Part shown: piece after piece, positions 41,501 through 54,886 of the stretch
How positions within the stretch are numbered: the stretch's first letter is position 1
Layout of the letters: every line of letters starts with the position of its first letter
Assembly (NCBI GenBank): GCA_013239625.1
Contig: MU054026.1
Span: forward strand, 186,001-250,000
Length of the DNA: 64,000 nucleotides
Direction: 5' to 3'
From: Lama guanicoe
Taxonomy: Eukaryota
Translations under genes and position numbers: made by a program
The notes under the pieces: model-generated
The model's input: the letters and a program-made list of their open reading frames with translations, nothing else
Database searches by the model: none
What the model was told of the DNA's origin: nothing

Positions 41501-42519
41501 TATTATAAGCCAGTCAAACATTAAATTGTTTTCTTTTAAATGTGTATCCATTCAGTTCTACAAGTATTTGAACTCAATATACAAATACAATATGCTAGAT
41601 GTTCGAGGAACTGCCCGAAATGTCACTGCCCCGCCCTCTTAAGAGCTTGCCATCTAGTTGGAAACACAAGACATGCATGCCAAATTTTTTTTAATATAAA
41701 AGAATGTCATTAAGTGCCAACTGGAGTAAGCAGTACATATCACAAGTATGGAGCTTTCATTAAGCCTCTGAAAAAAAATAAAAGATTATCAAAAAAAATT
41801 CAAGTTATCAGGAAAAAATATTGTTTATGCCTAATGAGTGGCTGTTTAAGTCAATGTTTTGACCACTGTATTATTGAGCAGGCAAATGTCCACCAGTCAA
41901 TCAATAAATATTTGGCGAGCATCTACTCTAACAAAAAATTTGGTGTAAACCTAAAAGGAGAGACCAAAAAAAGTGGAAGACATATGCACACCACTATATG
42001 AGGCAGGGCTCAAAATCTAGCAGAATGCATCAAAGACTTACATCAGAGCTAAAGAGGCCAATGGATAGGTCAGTGTGGTTGTGGATGGTTCTTATAAGAG
42101 AATAAAGGTGGGTCAGATGGAGAGACTGCAAGCAGAGCTGGGAGTTATGTTTTGGAGACCCTGAACTATTTAGCTTCATCCTTTAGCTTCATCCTTCAGA
42201 CAAAATGATTTTTAAAAAGGTTCCTTAAGAATCCTTAACCTGGAAGGAATGAGCAGAGAGAACTGCATTGAAGAGGGGGAGGGAGGGAGGTAGATCAGTT
42301 ACAAGGCTTTGAAAATGATATGAGCCCAAACTGAGCTGTGAGAATGAAAAATAAAAATAAGTATTCTCTTTGTCTTTTAGTTCATGGAAATTTTCAAGTA
42401 CATGTAGAAAATATAGTAAAAATAAACCCTCCTCTAGCCATCACCTAGCTTCAATAACTGTCGGTATGGGGCCAGTCCTGTTCTGCACCCTCACCCACTT
42501 CCCCCCAGCGCATATCATC

Positions 42520-42751
42520 TGTCGTGATCTCTGCTCCAGTGCTGAAAAGGAATCGCAAAGTGAGGGCGGGTGAGAAGCATTGACTTTGTAAGTGGGACTC
42601 AGCCAGACCCCTGGGGGAGTGATGGGCCTCACTCATGAAAGCGTAAACAACTCTGCTCATTTGAAATTCCAAGTGTCTCCAAGCCTTGATGGGAACTCAG
42701 TGTGACTATAAGTTCCAGGCGATGGAGGGTAAAACCTGCAGCTTATTCAAC
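42520..42751. mobile_element. Possible ancient LTR fragment
   Basis: TG...CA-bounded segment next to an L1ME-like relic (about 42370-42519); family not recognised with confidence. Confidence 0.3.
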
Positions 42752-43351
42752 AAACCTGATAAACCTGGGCACCTTTCTTCTTCATTGTCAATTAGTATGA
42801 GGATCTCAGAAATAAAACTGTATCCTCTTAAGGACAAGGACTCTATCATCTTCACTCTTCAGGGCATCCCCATCCCTAGTCCCCAGCTCTTTACTTTGCA
42901 TATAGAAGTTCTATGATTGGTACTGCAGAAACCACAGTATTGACTGAATAAATTCATGCATTATAGTCATTTGATAATCGTCTCCCCCATTGGTCCCCCA
43001 AACTTCCCTTCTTATCACCTCTTTCTGTCCCTAATAAATGACTTGATCCTAATTCCTTTATCCTGCTCTTTTTATTCCTTTATTTTTGCTGCCGGAACAT
43101 GGATACTGGGTGAACAAGCAGTTGTTTCTCAAAGTCTTCTAACATGTCTCTCTATATTATATTATCTCAACCTTAACCTTCTGATCTTATCATAAACACA
43201 CTGCGTTTGTGATGGCCCCTGCGCTATGTTCATTCTTAGCCTAGCATTTTGCTTTTGATCGATACACTGGGGCCAGTCAATCTCAAACTGCTCAAAAGTA
43301 TGCAACTTCCCTTTCTTTCTTTCAAAGAACCTGTCTGTGTCGTTGTTCTAG

Positions 43352-43520
43352 AGTGCCACTTCCCAAGCTTTCATCAGCACAGGATTCATCAGGGCCCTGG
43401 TTAAGATGGGGATTCCAGTTTAGTAGTCCTGACTGGGTGAGGATGCAACTCCACATTTCTAAGGAGCTCCCAGAAGGTGCCATTGCTGCTGGTCTATGGG
43501 GTGCACTCTGAGCGGCAAGG
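43352..43520. mobile_element. MER5A-like hAT DNA transposon relic
   Basis: catttctaaggagctcccagaaggtgccattgctgctggtctatggggtgcactctgag. Confidence 0.7.
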
Positions 43521-43545
43521 CACAAGCTGCCCTCAGAATCCCTTA

Positions 43546-44320
43546 CAGCATGGAGATTACAGTTAGCTATACCACATTGTACACTTGAAAGTTGCTCTCA
43601 TAGTAGAACTTTCATGTTCCCACCAGGACAACAAAACGGTGATTATGTGGGATAAGGGATGTGTTAACTAACCTCAGAGTGAGACAGGAAGGAAGAGGGC
43701 AGGACACAACCATTGAAGGAATGACAGCAGTTGAGGGCAGGACAAACTGGTTAGAACCAAGATGGCGGAGGATTCAGCTTCCAGTTGACCTTGAGTCTCA
43801 TGGCGCACCCACAGGCACCATGACAGTGTCAAGGCTGATCATAAAAGGTCAAAAAGTTGACGGGGCCCAATTCCTGGAAATCTCTGCCCCTTCCCCAACC
43901 TAGTTGGAATAATCCTTCTACGTGTTAGCATATGAGATTATTGAACCCACCAAAACTAACAACTCTGCACCTCATGGTCACTCTCTCTCTTGCCTTCTGA
44001 GACGGACCACACTCTGTGGAGTGTGTATCTACTTTTACTTTAACCTGAGCAGCCACACGCCTCTCGATCCCTCTCCCTCTCACCTTTTGACATGTTCTGC
44101 ACTCTGTCTACAGAGGGTCTCTCTCTAAATAAACTTGCTTTCACTTTAGTACGTGTCACTCTTGAATTCTTTCCTGTGCAAGGCAAGAACCTATTCTCTG
44201 GCAACAATTGTTGTGAAGATTTCACAGTATATAATATGTGTCCAACGATCACATTGTACACCTTAAATTTACAACATGTTATATGTCAATTACATCTCGA
44301 TAAAGTCACAAAAAAAAATC
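43546..44320 (+). mobile_element. Old L1M 3' end interrupted by an LTR
   Basis: cattgtacacttgaaagttgct...gtgttaactaacctc resumes after 44206 as attgttgtgaagatttcacagtatat...cacattgtacaccttaaatttacaac. Confidence 0.75.
43680..44206 (+). mobile_element. Solo ERV1 LTR (MER41-like)
   Basis: TG...CA termini; aaccaagatggcgg motif; ctctaaataaacttgctttcactt...cttgaattctttcctgtgcaaggcaagaacc R/U5-like end; nested in an L1. Confidence 0.8.
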
Positions 44321-44469
44321 TCTTACAGTGCTTCATTTCGAAGCATTTCTTTAAACAGCCAGATGTAGCTGGGTTGGCAGAAGAGGGAGAGATACAGGAA
44401 AGTCATTGGCTGTTTCCATTTGCTGACAATCCAGTAATGATGCTCCAGGATTCCTGAGGACACTTTTTT

Positions 44470-44670
44470 CCTAGGCGTTGTGCAATGTGCACTGCAGCTG
44501 TATCTCACTTAATCTTTACAAGTACACTGTGAAGTAGGCACTATTATTCATACTTTACAGATGAGAAAACCAAAGCTTTAGAGAGGCTGAGTAATTTGTC
44601 CAAGGTCACGGCATGGCAGAGACAGGAATTGTACAAAATCAGTCTAGCTTAGAGACTAAATTCACACTCA
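44470..44670 (-). mobile_element. MIR SINE
   Basis: ttaatctttacaagtacactgtgaagtaggcactattatt...ttacagatgagaaaacc...gagaggctgagtaatttgtccaaggtcac. Confidence 0.8.
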
Positions 44671-45639
44671 CTATCTTTTTTATACTTTATTTACATGGCA
44701 GAGATATAACTGCATGTAAATCTAAGACAATCAATTAGTCTATTGTTCATTTAATGTTGCTACAGCTGAAAATCCTTAAGAGCACCCTCCCCACTACTGA
44801 GGATGGATAAGACACAGGCAATTTATTAAAGTCCTTCCGATTTTGCCTCAAAAAATATCTACCAGCTATTGACAGACCTCTATGTAGCTGACTACCACCC
44901 ACCAGCCATTAGCTATTGTCCATTAATTCTATTCTTGTTTCCCCAACTCCGATCTCTCATTCTTGTTAGCCTGGAGCTTTCACTAAAGGCTCTGAAATTG
45001 TTTTCTTGTCTTCATGCTGAGCCACTGAAGGCCAGCTCTACCCACTTCCCAGGCCACACCCCCAGACCCACTCAATCAAATTCTACCCTCCCCCCACCAA
45101 TCAAGAAGGGATGTTCGGACATTGAGCCAGTTTGAGTCACAGAAGTAAATTCAGGCTTGTTAATTTGCACTTGGGAATTGCTTTAACAAATGGGGGAGCA
45201 GTTTGCTTAAGTGACCCCATCTCCTACTTTGTACTCTTAATGGAGAAACTGAAATTGCCAAATCAGTGGAATATGTTGTCTCCTTTTGCACGTACATAAT
45301 CTATCTTAAGATCTTTCATGCCTTCAGGGTTCTCCTTCCTGGGTCACAAATGATAAAGTGCAGAAAATGTTATTCATTTCTATCGTGGTCCTGCGATGTT
45401 AAAAAAAATCACATTCCACTTTTAATAGCTTCTCTATCAATACAGGTGGTAACCTCTTACCCACCCTCCATCTCTAACTACTATTCCTGCCAGTCTGTGT
45501 TAACTGTGGAAACAATTTGCTTGTGTGAATTCATTTATTATGTGCAGAATACAGCTAAGTGCTTTGCGGAATACATACAGCACCAGCATTCTGTGAGGTT
45601 CACTGTGGTTTTGTAAATTGATGACAAGAAAAATGTCTT

Positions 45640-45850
45640 ACATTTATGTAGTTCTTTACATTTTTCAAAGGGCTTTTTGTGTTCATTATCTCATTTGATT
45701 GAAATCTCCCTTGCAAGAGAAGTAGAATAAGTATTATTCTGTGTATTTTATAATTTTTTAAATAAGGATCAGAGAAGTTAAGTAACTTGCTCTGGGTTAG
45801 ATAACAAGTTTTGTCAGTGTCCGTTTGGAACTTGAGGTCCCCTAATTCAT
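45640..45850 (-). mobile_element. MIR SINE
   Basis: cattatctcatttgatt...tcagagaagttaagtaacttgctc. Confidence 0.6.
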
Positions 45851-46851
45851 TGTACACACTTTTTAAAAAATTTGAACATGGAAAATGCAAATAACAAAAC
45901 AGAAATTATGTGCCAACTTACCTACAAGTAATAAATGTTATCGTTTTGTCATAGAAGGTAGAAAAAGAGGGTGGGAAGAAGGTGGGAATGCTGTTTCTAG
46001 CTGGTTGGCTCACAAAAGAGGTGGAATTTTATCTCATTCTTGAAGGATAGTTGAAATATTAATGGCCAGTTGGAGAAGGACTTGGCATAAGCAACAGTGT
46101 GGGTATGTGGCCGTGTGTGAACATGCAAGTTTATGAAACACCAGATTCAAAAATGTGAGCAGGGCAGAAGAATCAACTAGGAAATTAGTAACAAGACAAG
46201 ATCAGTAGAGGATCTTGAACACCAGTCTAAGGCGTGTCTGGCTGTTCACATGTGCAGAGGTGAGTACTGACATGGAGATGCTGCGTACTGCACTTCCAAG
46301 TCAACCCATTAATCTCAACACGTACTTCCAGGCTCAGTGCTGGGCAGGGTAAAAAGAGCATTAGTCAGTGTGACCTCTGCCCCTGAGGTCCCACTCCCAC
46401 TATTAAATACCTTTTGCCCAATTTGATCTGAATGTCCACAGAGCACGTTTAGGGTCATAAATTTCACTGCTTGACCATTCTCTGTTGACAAGTATTTTCA
46501 AGAACCTTATGGTGGTAATACCTCAGATAACTAAAATCCATTTCACTGGTGACATCCATGAGCCAGGATTTCTTTTTATTGTAATCAAACAATGTAAGTT
46601 AAATATTAAGAAAAAAAAAGATAGCAAAATTTGTGATCATGTATTTCTTAAAAAACAAAAACAAAAACAAACAAACAAAAACCCACACTGGGCTCTATAT
46701 CCATTCCAATTAGGTCAATTCCAGTAAGTTCATGTTTCCTATCTCCATCCTTGGTGATGAGAATTCACATTGAGAAAAAAGGATGGGATTCTATAGAAAT
46801 TCCTTGGTAAAAGAACAATGAATTACATTCCCTGGAGCCTACTGACTACAT

Positions 46852-47078
46852 CAGAATTTTTCAACCCTGACACTAGTAACATTTTGGGCCTGATCATTCT
46901 TTGGGGGGGGTTGTGGGGACAGGGTAGCTGCTCTGTGCATCAGAGGATTTATAGCAGCATCCATGACCTCTACCCACTAGATGCCACTACCAACCTCTAG
47001 TTGCAACAAGCAAAAGTGTCCCTAGACGTTGTCAAATGTCCCCTGGGTGGCAAAATTGCCCTCACTTGAGAACCAGTG
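46852..47078. mobile_element. MER20 hAT-Charlie DNA transposon relic
   Basis: acattttgggcctgatcattcttt...gcagcatccatgacctctacccactagatgcc...gtcaaatgtcccctgggtggcaaaattgccctcacttgagaacca. Confidence 0.85.
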
Positions 47079-48279
47079 GGCTACAGTGCAAAAATCAACT
47101 CAGAAGGATCTTAACAATGGGTTTGAAACAAAGCTAAGAAAAATAAATTGACTAGCCTATGTCTCTAAGCTTCCCAGTTCATCAAGGCTTTGCTATACGG
47201 TCTTATTTGCCCAGGTAAACCTATCCCAACCAATAATAGAAGAAGAACAAAAAAGACGGCAGAAAATAAATCCCAGCTATGAACCAGTTAACTAACATTC
47301 CACGGGAAGTTATAGACAATTTCCCCCAAGAAATTAAATTCCTTTACAAAAGTACCCTGAGGACTTTAACACAAATCACTCTTCTTACTTGAGACTATTT
47401 ATCATTTTTTAGAGCTTATAAATTGTACACACCAGCAGTAATTTTATACACCAACAACCACAATAATCCAGACACAAAACAGAGCAGTTGAAGGGTATTG
47501 TCTTCTAACAAAGAGGGAAGGAGATGGAGGGGCGAGGGGGGCAGGGAAGGAACGAACCGTCTCCTTTAGTGCTCCCCTCTCAGGAACATAGCTTTTCTTC
47601 TCTGTCCTCACTGTCTTAATAGATTTCATCTTCCTTTAAAAGACAAGTCACAATCTGTCCCTGAAGACAGCCGTTATCATTAAAACGCGCCGCTGGGGGC
47701 AGAGGGGTAGCATTACTCAGTGTGAGACAGGACATGCGGGAAGACGTGTGACACTTTTCCTTCAGGGCCAGCACTGTGGAGAATGGAGGGGCTGAGACAG
47801 GACTCCCAGAGGTCGTCTCTTCCATCCTCTCGCCGCTGGGGTCGAGGCTACAATCTAAGCCGTTTGAGAGGGAAAGCAGTCCACTCCCTCCATGTACGTT
47901 TCCAGCACGGAGTGGTTTTTTCGTTTTACAGCAATTAAAAGAGGGAAGATTTTTGGCAATGACATTCCTCTTTCGGCTATAGTCTATGCTCACCTTAGTT
48001 ATCCTGCTCTGAGCATCACTTACAATGATCAAGAATCAGATGCCAGGTATTCACCTGCACAGCACATGGACAATGGATCACGTCTGCCCTCCCGGGCTGG
48101 GGGTGAAAAGAAACCAGACGAAGGACACACACACACGCGCACACACACGCGCACAGTGGTCAACTCTCATGCCGTGCTGCCCTCTGCCTGTTATTTGGAG
48201 CGGTAACCTACATATCACAATTAAGCCGCACACCATTTACAGAACTCAATAGATAGAAAATTAAGTAATTACAATATTT

Positions 48280-48450
48280 AGAGCTGGAAGGCACCTTGAA
48301 AAATCTCTATATATAAACTCACTTTACAAACAAGGAAAGCCAGAACCAGAGGAGTAAAATGACACTGCCCAAGGTCATCGGCTCATGAGTGACCCATAAG
48401 AATCAGAGCCCCGTCTCCCGACTTGATCGAACTCTCCCTTCATGACTGTA
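48280..48450 (-). mobile_element. MIR fragment (its end is interrupted by the inverted repeat)
   Basis: gagctggaaggcaccttg...actttacaaacaaggaaagc...ctgcccaaggtca. Confidence 0.55.
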
Positions 48451-48575
48451 TTTCTTTCTTGTTGCTGGTGCCAATTTGAGCTGGGTTTTCTGTCACAGCC
48501 CCTGACTGTAATGCTGCTTCTCAGGAGCCGTGACAGAAAACCCAGCTCAAATTGGCACCAGCAACAAGAGAGAAA
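48451..48575. repeat. Near-perfect inverted repeat, 55-bp arms, 15-nt spacer
   Basis: 48451-48505 is the reverse complement of 48521-48575 with 3 mismatches; 40-bp perfect core at 48457-48496. Confidence 0.95.
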
Positions 48576-48790
48576 GAGAGAAAAGAAAGAAAGGAAGAGA
48601 GAAAGAAAGAGAAGAAGAAAGAAAAGAAAGAAAAAAAAGAGAAGAAAGAATAAACAAGGAGGGAGGGAGGGAGGAAGGAAGGAAGGAAAAGAAAGAAGGA
48701 AGGAGGGAGGGAGGAAGGAAGGAAGGGAGGGAGGGAGGGAAGAAGAATGGAAAGATGGAGGATGGAAGGATGGAAGGAAGAAGAGGGAGT
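48576..48790. repeat. Polypurine (GAAA/GGAA/GGGA) low-complexity tract
   Basis: Directly visible. Confidence 0.95.
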
Positions 48791-49977
48791 TCCTGTAACC
48801 AAGCTAACCAGAGAGAGTGTGTGTTTTCGTGAGGCTGCCCAGCAGCCATCCCCCTTCCTGGTAGCTCCCTGATTTCCTTTTGAGACACCACCTCGTCCTC
48901 CTTTCTCAGCCATGCGGTTTCGGTGGGTTCCACCTCACTCCAGCTCCACGCATTCATAATCACTTCCAGGCCCTTCAAGGTAAACGAATTTATCAGGTTG
49001 CCTCCTCCCAAGAAAGGGAAATACAAGCCATGAGAAGGCGGACGCATTGCAAGGAGGATTGGAACAAGGAACTCCAAACACGCACCTTTCCACTGTTTGG
49101 AGCGCGGCTAAGCCGTTTCTATTCGTGTATTCCCCAAGGGGCTTGGGAGAGCTCAAGACCAAGGGGGGCCCTAAACCTCCCTCCAGATGTGCCAGGACAG
49201 CAGCTGCAGAATACAGCTCCAATTTACTAATTCAAAGTCCTCCCGATCCAAGCAGAAATTAACAAGAAAGAGCCCAGAGAACTCTCCCAGACGACAGAAT
49301 GTTGTGCCGACATTCTAAGCCACTTCAGGTAACCCCTTTTGTGTGTAAATTAAACCCCACAGATGCTCAAGATCAATGATTCCATTTATTACCAGTTATG
49401 AGTTTATGCTTCTCTGGTTATTACCGGAAAGTGGAACCGGTCTCCTTTTATATCTTTATTTTTTTAAAATATTATCCAAGAACAACAATAATTGTATTTT
49501 ATATTTTTAATCATAAAAATCACACTTGACTAGCATTTTTATACTTTTCAAAACCAAACATTATATTGTCTTATTTGATCCCCACAAGGTATAATTAATC
49601 CCCATTTTATAGATGAGGATGACTGAGTTACAGGTTCAAAGTGATTACCCAAGATTACACAGTAAAAGAATGGCCGAATGAGGACTCACGGCCCAGGATT
49701 AAGACACATTCATTTTATATGATGCAATGAATGGGGCTGCTGTTTATTTATCTTGGAGTGGCTCCAAATATGTAATTCTTCTTCTCTGTCTTCAAATCTT
49801 TGAAGGTTTATTTAATTTCCATAAATTAAGACACATACGGATCCCAGGACAGACACAGGGAAAACGCTTTTGAAGTAACATGACATTATGAGAACTTCTG
49901 ACAGGTTCATTCAGATTTCATGAGGCTGACTTTGTGCTCCTGAGGCTGACAGAGGGCTCACTGTGACAACCTGTGTC

Positions 49978-49978
<1 letters not shown>

Positions 49979-50021
<43 letters not shown>
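49979..50021. repeat. (TG)n microsatellite
   Basis: Directly visible. Confidence 0.95.
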
Positions 50022-50022
<1 letters not shown>

Positions 50023-50459
50023 ATATCAATGTGAAATAACAGGGGGGCAACATGAAAGATATACTATGAAAATGAAAGTCAGAAAAGCACATTTCTTGTG
50101 TGACAGTGTTGACTTTAGACTGGCTCTCAGGTCACCACTTAGGTTACCTGACGTTCAAAGTGACTCCTTACCTGTGATATTTACGCTTAAATACTTCCCC
50201 TTCTTTCTTCTAAAGTGAATAAATGAAGGTGCATTTTTGACAACGGTAATGATCTTGTGCCTTTGAATCTGGAGGTGTTTTTTACACCCCATGCTCCCTC
50301 GGAAGCAGAACTAAGTCAGTCGGAGGCATTTCACTCTGTCATCCCATTTGCATTCACCTGGATCTACATTTTTTCCATTTGCTCCTTAGCATTGAACATG
50401 AGGAAATTTGGCCACTCTATCGAATTGAAACTGTTGAAGTTTCAGAAGACTTAGTGAAG

Positions 50460-50570
50460 TTTTTCTTTTTCCTTTTTCAGTTTTGTTAGGTAGACTTACT
50501 ACAGTTCGACTGCACATATACATTATATTGCATGTGAATACATGGAAACAGTATACTGCACATTTTTTAA
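50460..50570 (-). mobile_element. Terminal ~110 bp of the non-canonical L1 tail (copy 3)
   Basis: Minus strand aaaaatgtgcagtatactgtttccatgtattcacatgcaatataatgtatatgtgcagtcgaactgtagtaagtctacctaacaaaactgaaaaagg aligns to about 20760-20860; degraded TSD acttag..aagtttt on both sides. Confidence 0.85.
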
Positions 50571-51851
50571 TACTTAGCAAAAAGTTTTGAAAGAATTCCT
50601 TCTCAACTCAGGCTGGAAAGACCAAGAAGGTTAGCAGAGGTGAACAGTAACTACACCCCAGTGCACAGAATCGGAAGGGCTGCCTCCAGAAGGACAGATT
50701 GGAAGAGATGGGGGTAGGGAGAAGCCCAGACAGCTTCTCCCAGCTGCTGCTTCAAACGGGGCAGCTCCACGTCTCACTGTTTTATGTCGAAAGATTTTGC
50801 TTAAGAATTAATTTGTTAAAGTGTGGTTTCACAGACACGCCCAAGAAAGTTTGTAAAATCTGAGGGTCATTCAGGCAAAATGACTTGGTCCTTATCATCT
50901 AGTCACAGGCAAAGGATGCCAGCCCACGTCATCTGCATCTCAGCACGCGAATTCTTCACCAGGTCAAACCCTCTTGACTTCCTACCTCTAGTCTCATTTA
51001 ATTCTCCCAGCAATCAGGCAAAGTAGGTACGGTTAGCCTTCTTTCAAGGATTAAAAAATGAAGCCCAGAACTTCCTAGGCTGGAATATCTATGTCTCCTG
51101 ACTGCAAACACCATCATGTCTCAGTGCAAAAGACTCTTGTTTTTTTAAAATATGTGAGGCATACCACATCAGGTTCCTATTTTAATTTAAATTGCCTTCT
51201 TTAGACTTCACCTCGTGCCTCCCGAAATGTTCATTGTCCTTTAGCTTTGAGTCCATTTCTTCCGTATTCAGCTGATTGTATCTGTGGTGCCCTTCCAAAA
51301 TGACCTCTGCCTGGCACAGAAAGTCATCCAACAGACCATTTGTCACACCTCATCTCGTCTCTTTTATGAAAGGGACAAAAGGCTGTCTTTGAGCCCCCTT
51401 TGGAAGTGTTTTCATGCTAATCCAAGAATTACTGTTGTGTTTGTTTTCTGGCCGGTGCAGTGTGAAGCCATTCATGGGGCCGTATGGACCTTGTCGAGTC
51501 ACATTCCAGGCCATTCTTGGAACATTTTGGGGAAACGCATCATCGCTCTGCTAGTGGGAGACAAGTCTGTGTCCCTGCCTGAGGCTGGGAGCCAGTGCTT
51601 CTATGTCCTTGATGGCACATGAAAACATCTCCTGCCGTTTCTGCCAGGCAACCCACGACACACGCACAGGGAGGGGGGAGGGCAGAATTCAGTGTTCGCT
51701 AGAAACCATGACCGGGAAGAAACAGCCACCTCCTGAATGTGCATCTCTCTGGAAAACAAGGACAGAAAGTGGGCTGAGTACTCGAGTCAAGGGAACCCAG
51801 GCTTTTCCCAAAGAACCAAGTTGTTATGGGGTAACAGACACAATCCAGAAT

Positions 51852-52131
<280 letters not shown>

Positions 52132-52336
52132 ATCCAAAATTTGAATCAGGACACATGAATATTAATTCTGATTCTGCCACTAACTACCTATGTGACTTCG
52201 TGCCCATTTCTTCATTTAGTCTCATATTATCCCTTGTAAAATGGGGCTAAAATTTCAAACCCGCTAAGACTCTGATAAGGGAGGAAAGAAGAGGGTCCAC
52301 TGATGCTCCTGGTAAACAACAGAAACCAAGCATTAG

Positions 52337-52361
52337 CCGCCGCTGCTGCTGCTGCTGCTGC
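52337..52361. repeat. Short GCC/GCT trinucleotide repeat
   Basis: gccgccgctgctgctgctgctgctg. Confidence 0.85.
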
Positions 52362-54886
52362 CTTCTGGGCCCCGGTCCTTTCACCTGGAAAATGAGGATA
52401 TTGGGACAGAACAAAGTCCCCAAGGCCAGCTGCTTCTCAGCAACAGGCAGAGGGCTTTGCAAACATACTTTAGTAGGGGCCCCACTAAAATTTTGAGGGT
52501 TAGGACCCCAGTTGTTTTAATATCCCAGAATATGTTTGGATGTAGCCTGCCCAGGACTGGTTTTTAAGAATCTCCTGGACCATCCACTGAAGATCACCAG
52601 CTCAGTATTTAGTGATTTTCAAAGAAGACAAAATAGCTGATATAAGCTGAGATTGCGCATAATTTCGCCACTGAAGATTCAGTATTCTGAGTTACAAAAA
52701 AGCTTATTTTCAGAAGTCCCCTATTAAAAAGTAAATATCCTTGTTGGGGGACCAATCTCAATCTACCACAGCTTATTTGTTGACTCTTCTCAACTGCATC
52801 AACTGATAAAAGAGAATACTTACCACAGTAGAACAGAGGAGAAGCCTGTGTATATTTAAGGATAAGATTTTGTAGAAAAATATCTTTATTTTTAAATGTG
52901 ATAACTGAATAAAGTCATCATATAATTTTCACCCCAAACAGGATATTCTGAGAGTGAAAGGAGGCTTGTTGATAGCTACATTAGACATAAACCAGGGCAC
53001 ACAGAGATCTATGTTCACCAAGATAAAACGACTTGTCTACATCACTCAGAAGGTTAACGTCGAAAAGAAAGAGACCAGAAATGTCAGAGAGTGGACTGGA
53101 GCGTCGGGCTCCAGACCTCTCCTTCATCAACCCAGCCACAGCCTGGGTGATTCAAGTTCGTTTCACTTGGGTCCATGTTCACCCTTATTTCTCAGAAACA
53201 ATCTGAGAGTGTGTCTCTCTCTCCTCTGCTTCTTTCCTGTCTCCATATTGCAGTCGGCCCCTGTTGGGACTCAAGCCACATCACAGCTGTGACACTCCAT
53301 TACTTCAGTGAGTCCACTCACACGTTGGAGATGTCTTTCTCTTGGAGGAGCAGAGACACCTGCTATGCAGGATCAATAGAAGCCCATGTAACTATCAGAG
53401 ACAAAACTGGGACCCTTACAAGCATCCTCACCTGAAGACAGATGTTCTTGGGGTTGTAGCAAGACCCTGACAGTCCTGCAGTTAACTATCCGGAAACTCT
53501 GCGCTCTCCCACTCTGATTCTCACTGTAGTGCCGTAACTAAACCTTAAGCTGCCAGTCTGTCAATACTCACCAGGCAGCAGGAAAAAATGTCTCTTCCCA
53601 GGATTAGATTTTCTAGTATCGCTTGTCAGACAAAAGTTATTTCATTCTGGCTTTATTTCCAAGAGATGACTTCTGGGTTGGTAATGAGCCTTTTCCTGTA
53701 CCCCTATTCTCGATCAGCCATATTAACAGGTAGCAAACGCCAGGCTCAGGGTTTTAAAAAACAAAATAAAATAAAATAAAATAACCTGGTTTCCAGTCCC
53801 GTTTCATGCTTGAAAGGAAATTTATAAATTGTCAACTTGACTTAATTTTTCCTCTGGACCCACACCTATTTGCTGTAATAAGAATTTCCCCCCGGGTTTC
53901 ACTCATCTGCAACACGTGGCAGGAAAAAGGGGATTAAGATTGTATTTGTCGACTTCTCGAAGTGGATTTTCTTTCAGCAAGTCTGCTATCAATGCTGTCT
54001 GCCAAAATAGCATTTTAATGTGTTACCTGCTGGTCAAGAGCATTCCGTCAAGTTAACTTCTGCCTCTGCTGTGTTTTCTGATGCTGTTTACCATTCATTT
54101 TCCCCATTGTCACCAAGCTCATTATTTTTAATACAAATGTGGATTATGTTGTTTTGATCGTGTCTCTATTTCTGCAATACATTAGTTTAAAAGAAAAAAG
54201 AGGAGGGTGCAGAGAGGGTAGAAAACTGGTTTTTTCTTGCTGGAAAGACTATTTTAATGAGTTTCATTCTGTAGTTGGGAAGATGCTCTTAACCTCCTTG
54301 GCCCAGTAAGATGTGATTTCTTGACACTGAGCATATTGCAAATGCATTTTTATCAGAGCTGCGTAAGATGGACACCGAGGGGATTTCTCCAGTATTTAAC
54401 AAAGCCATCTATTTGCAACACAAAGTAATGCTTTGTTTACCCTTCCTCTTTGTCCTGAGCACGGTATTATTCCAGAGGCATTGCTTCTCCCTTGCAAATT
54501 GTCAGTGGCCAAGGGTACTTTTCAGCATGTTTGGGATCATAATTGGCAAAAATGTCTGCTCGGTAGTGAAGAAGAATGAAAGGTCAGACATGACCCGGTG
54601 GGGGCCATTCTCTGGTTTGCATGACACAGACACCAAAGTGCTTTGCCCCTTCTCCAAAGTTCACAGACCCTTCTCCGTATTCCAGGGATACAGCCTTACC
54701 TCCCTGCCAGATAATTAGCATCCACGGCAGCCCAGCTGCCTTGTCGCTGGGCACTCAATGGTGCTCCTTTCCTCTAAGCTCATTTCCCTTGAAGGTGAGA
54801 GCCATTATCGTAAAGAGGGATATTGTAAATTCTGTTCCTTCTGCTACACCGCGGCTCTGAGCAGAGAAATTTGTGTTTTCTGCCAG

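Noticed and set aside
42168..42195. 13-bp tandem duplication tttagcttcatcc
   Set aside because: An ordinary slippage duplication within an L2-like relic.
48442..49077. K/R/E-rich and F/S/L-rich ORFs
   Set aside because: They are translations of the stop-free polypurine tract.
52247..52462. Poly-Q ORF on the minus strand
   Set aside because: A short CAG run in otherwise non-coding-looking sequence with no exon support.
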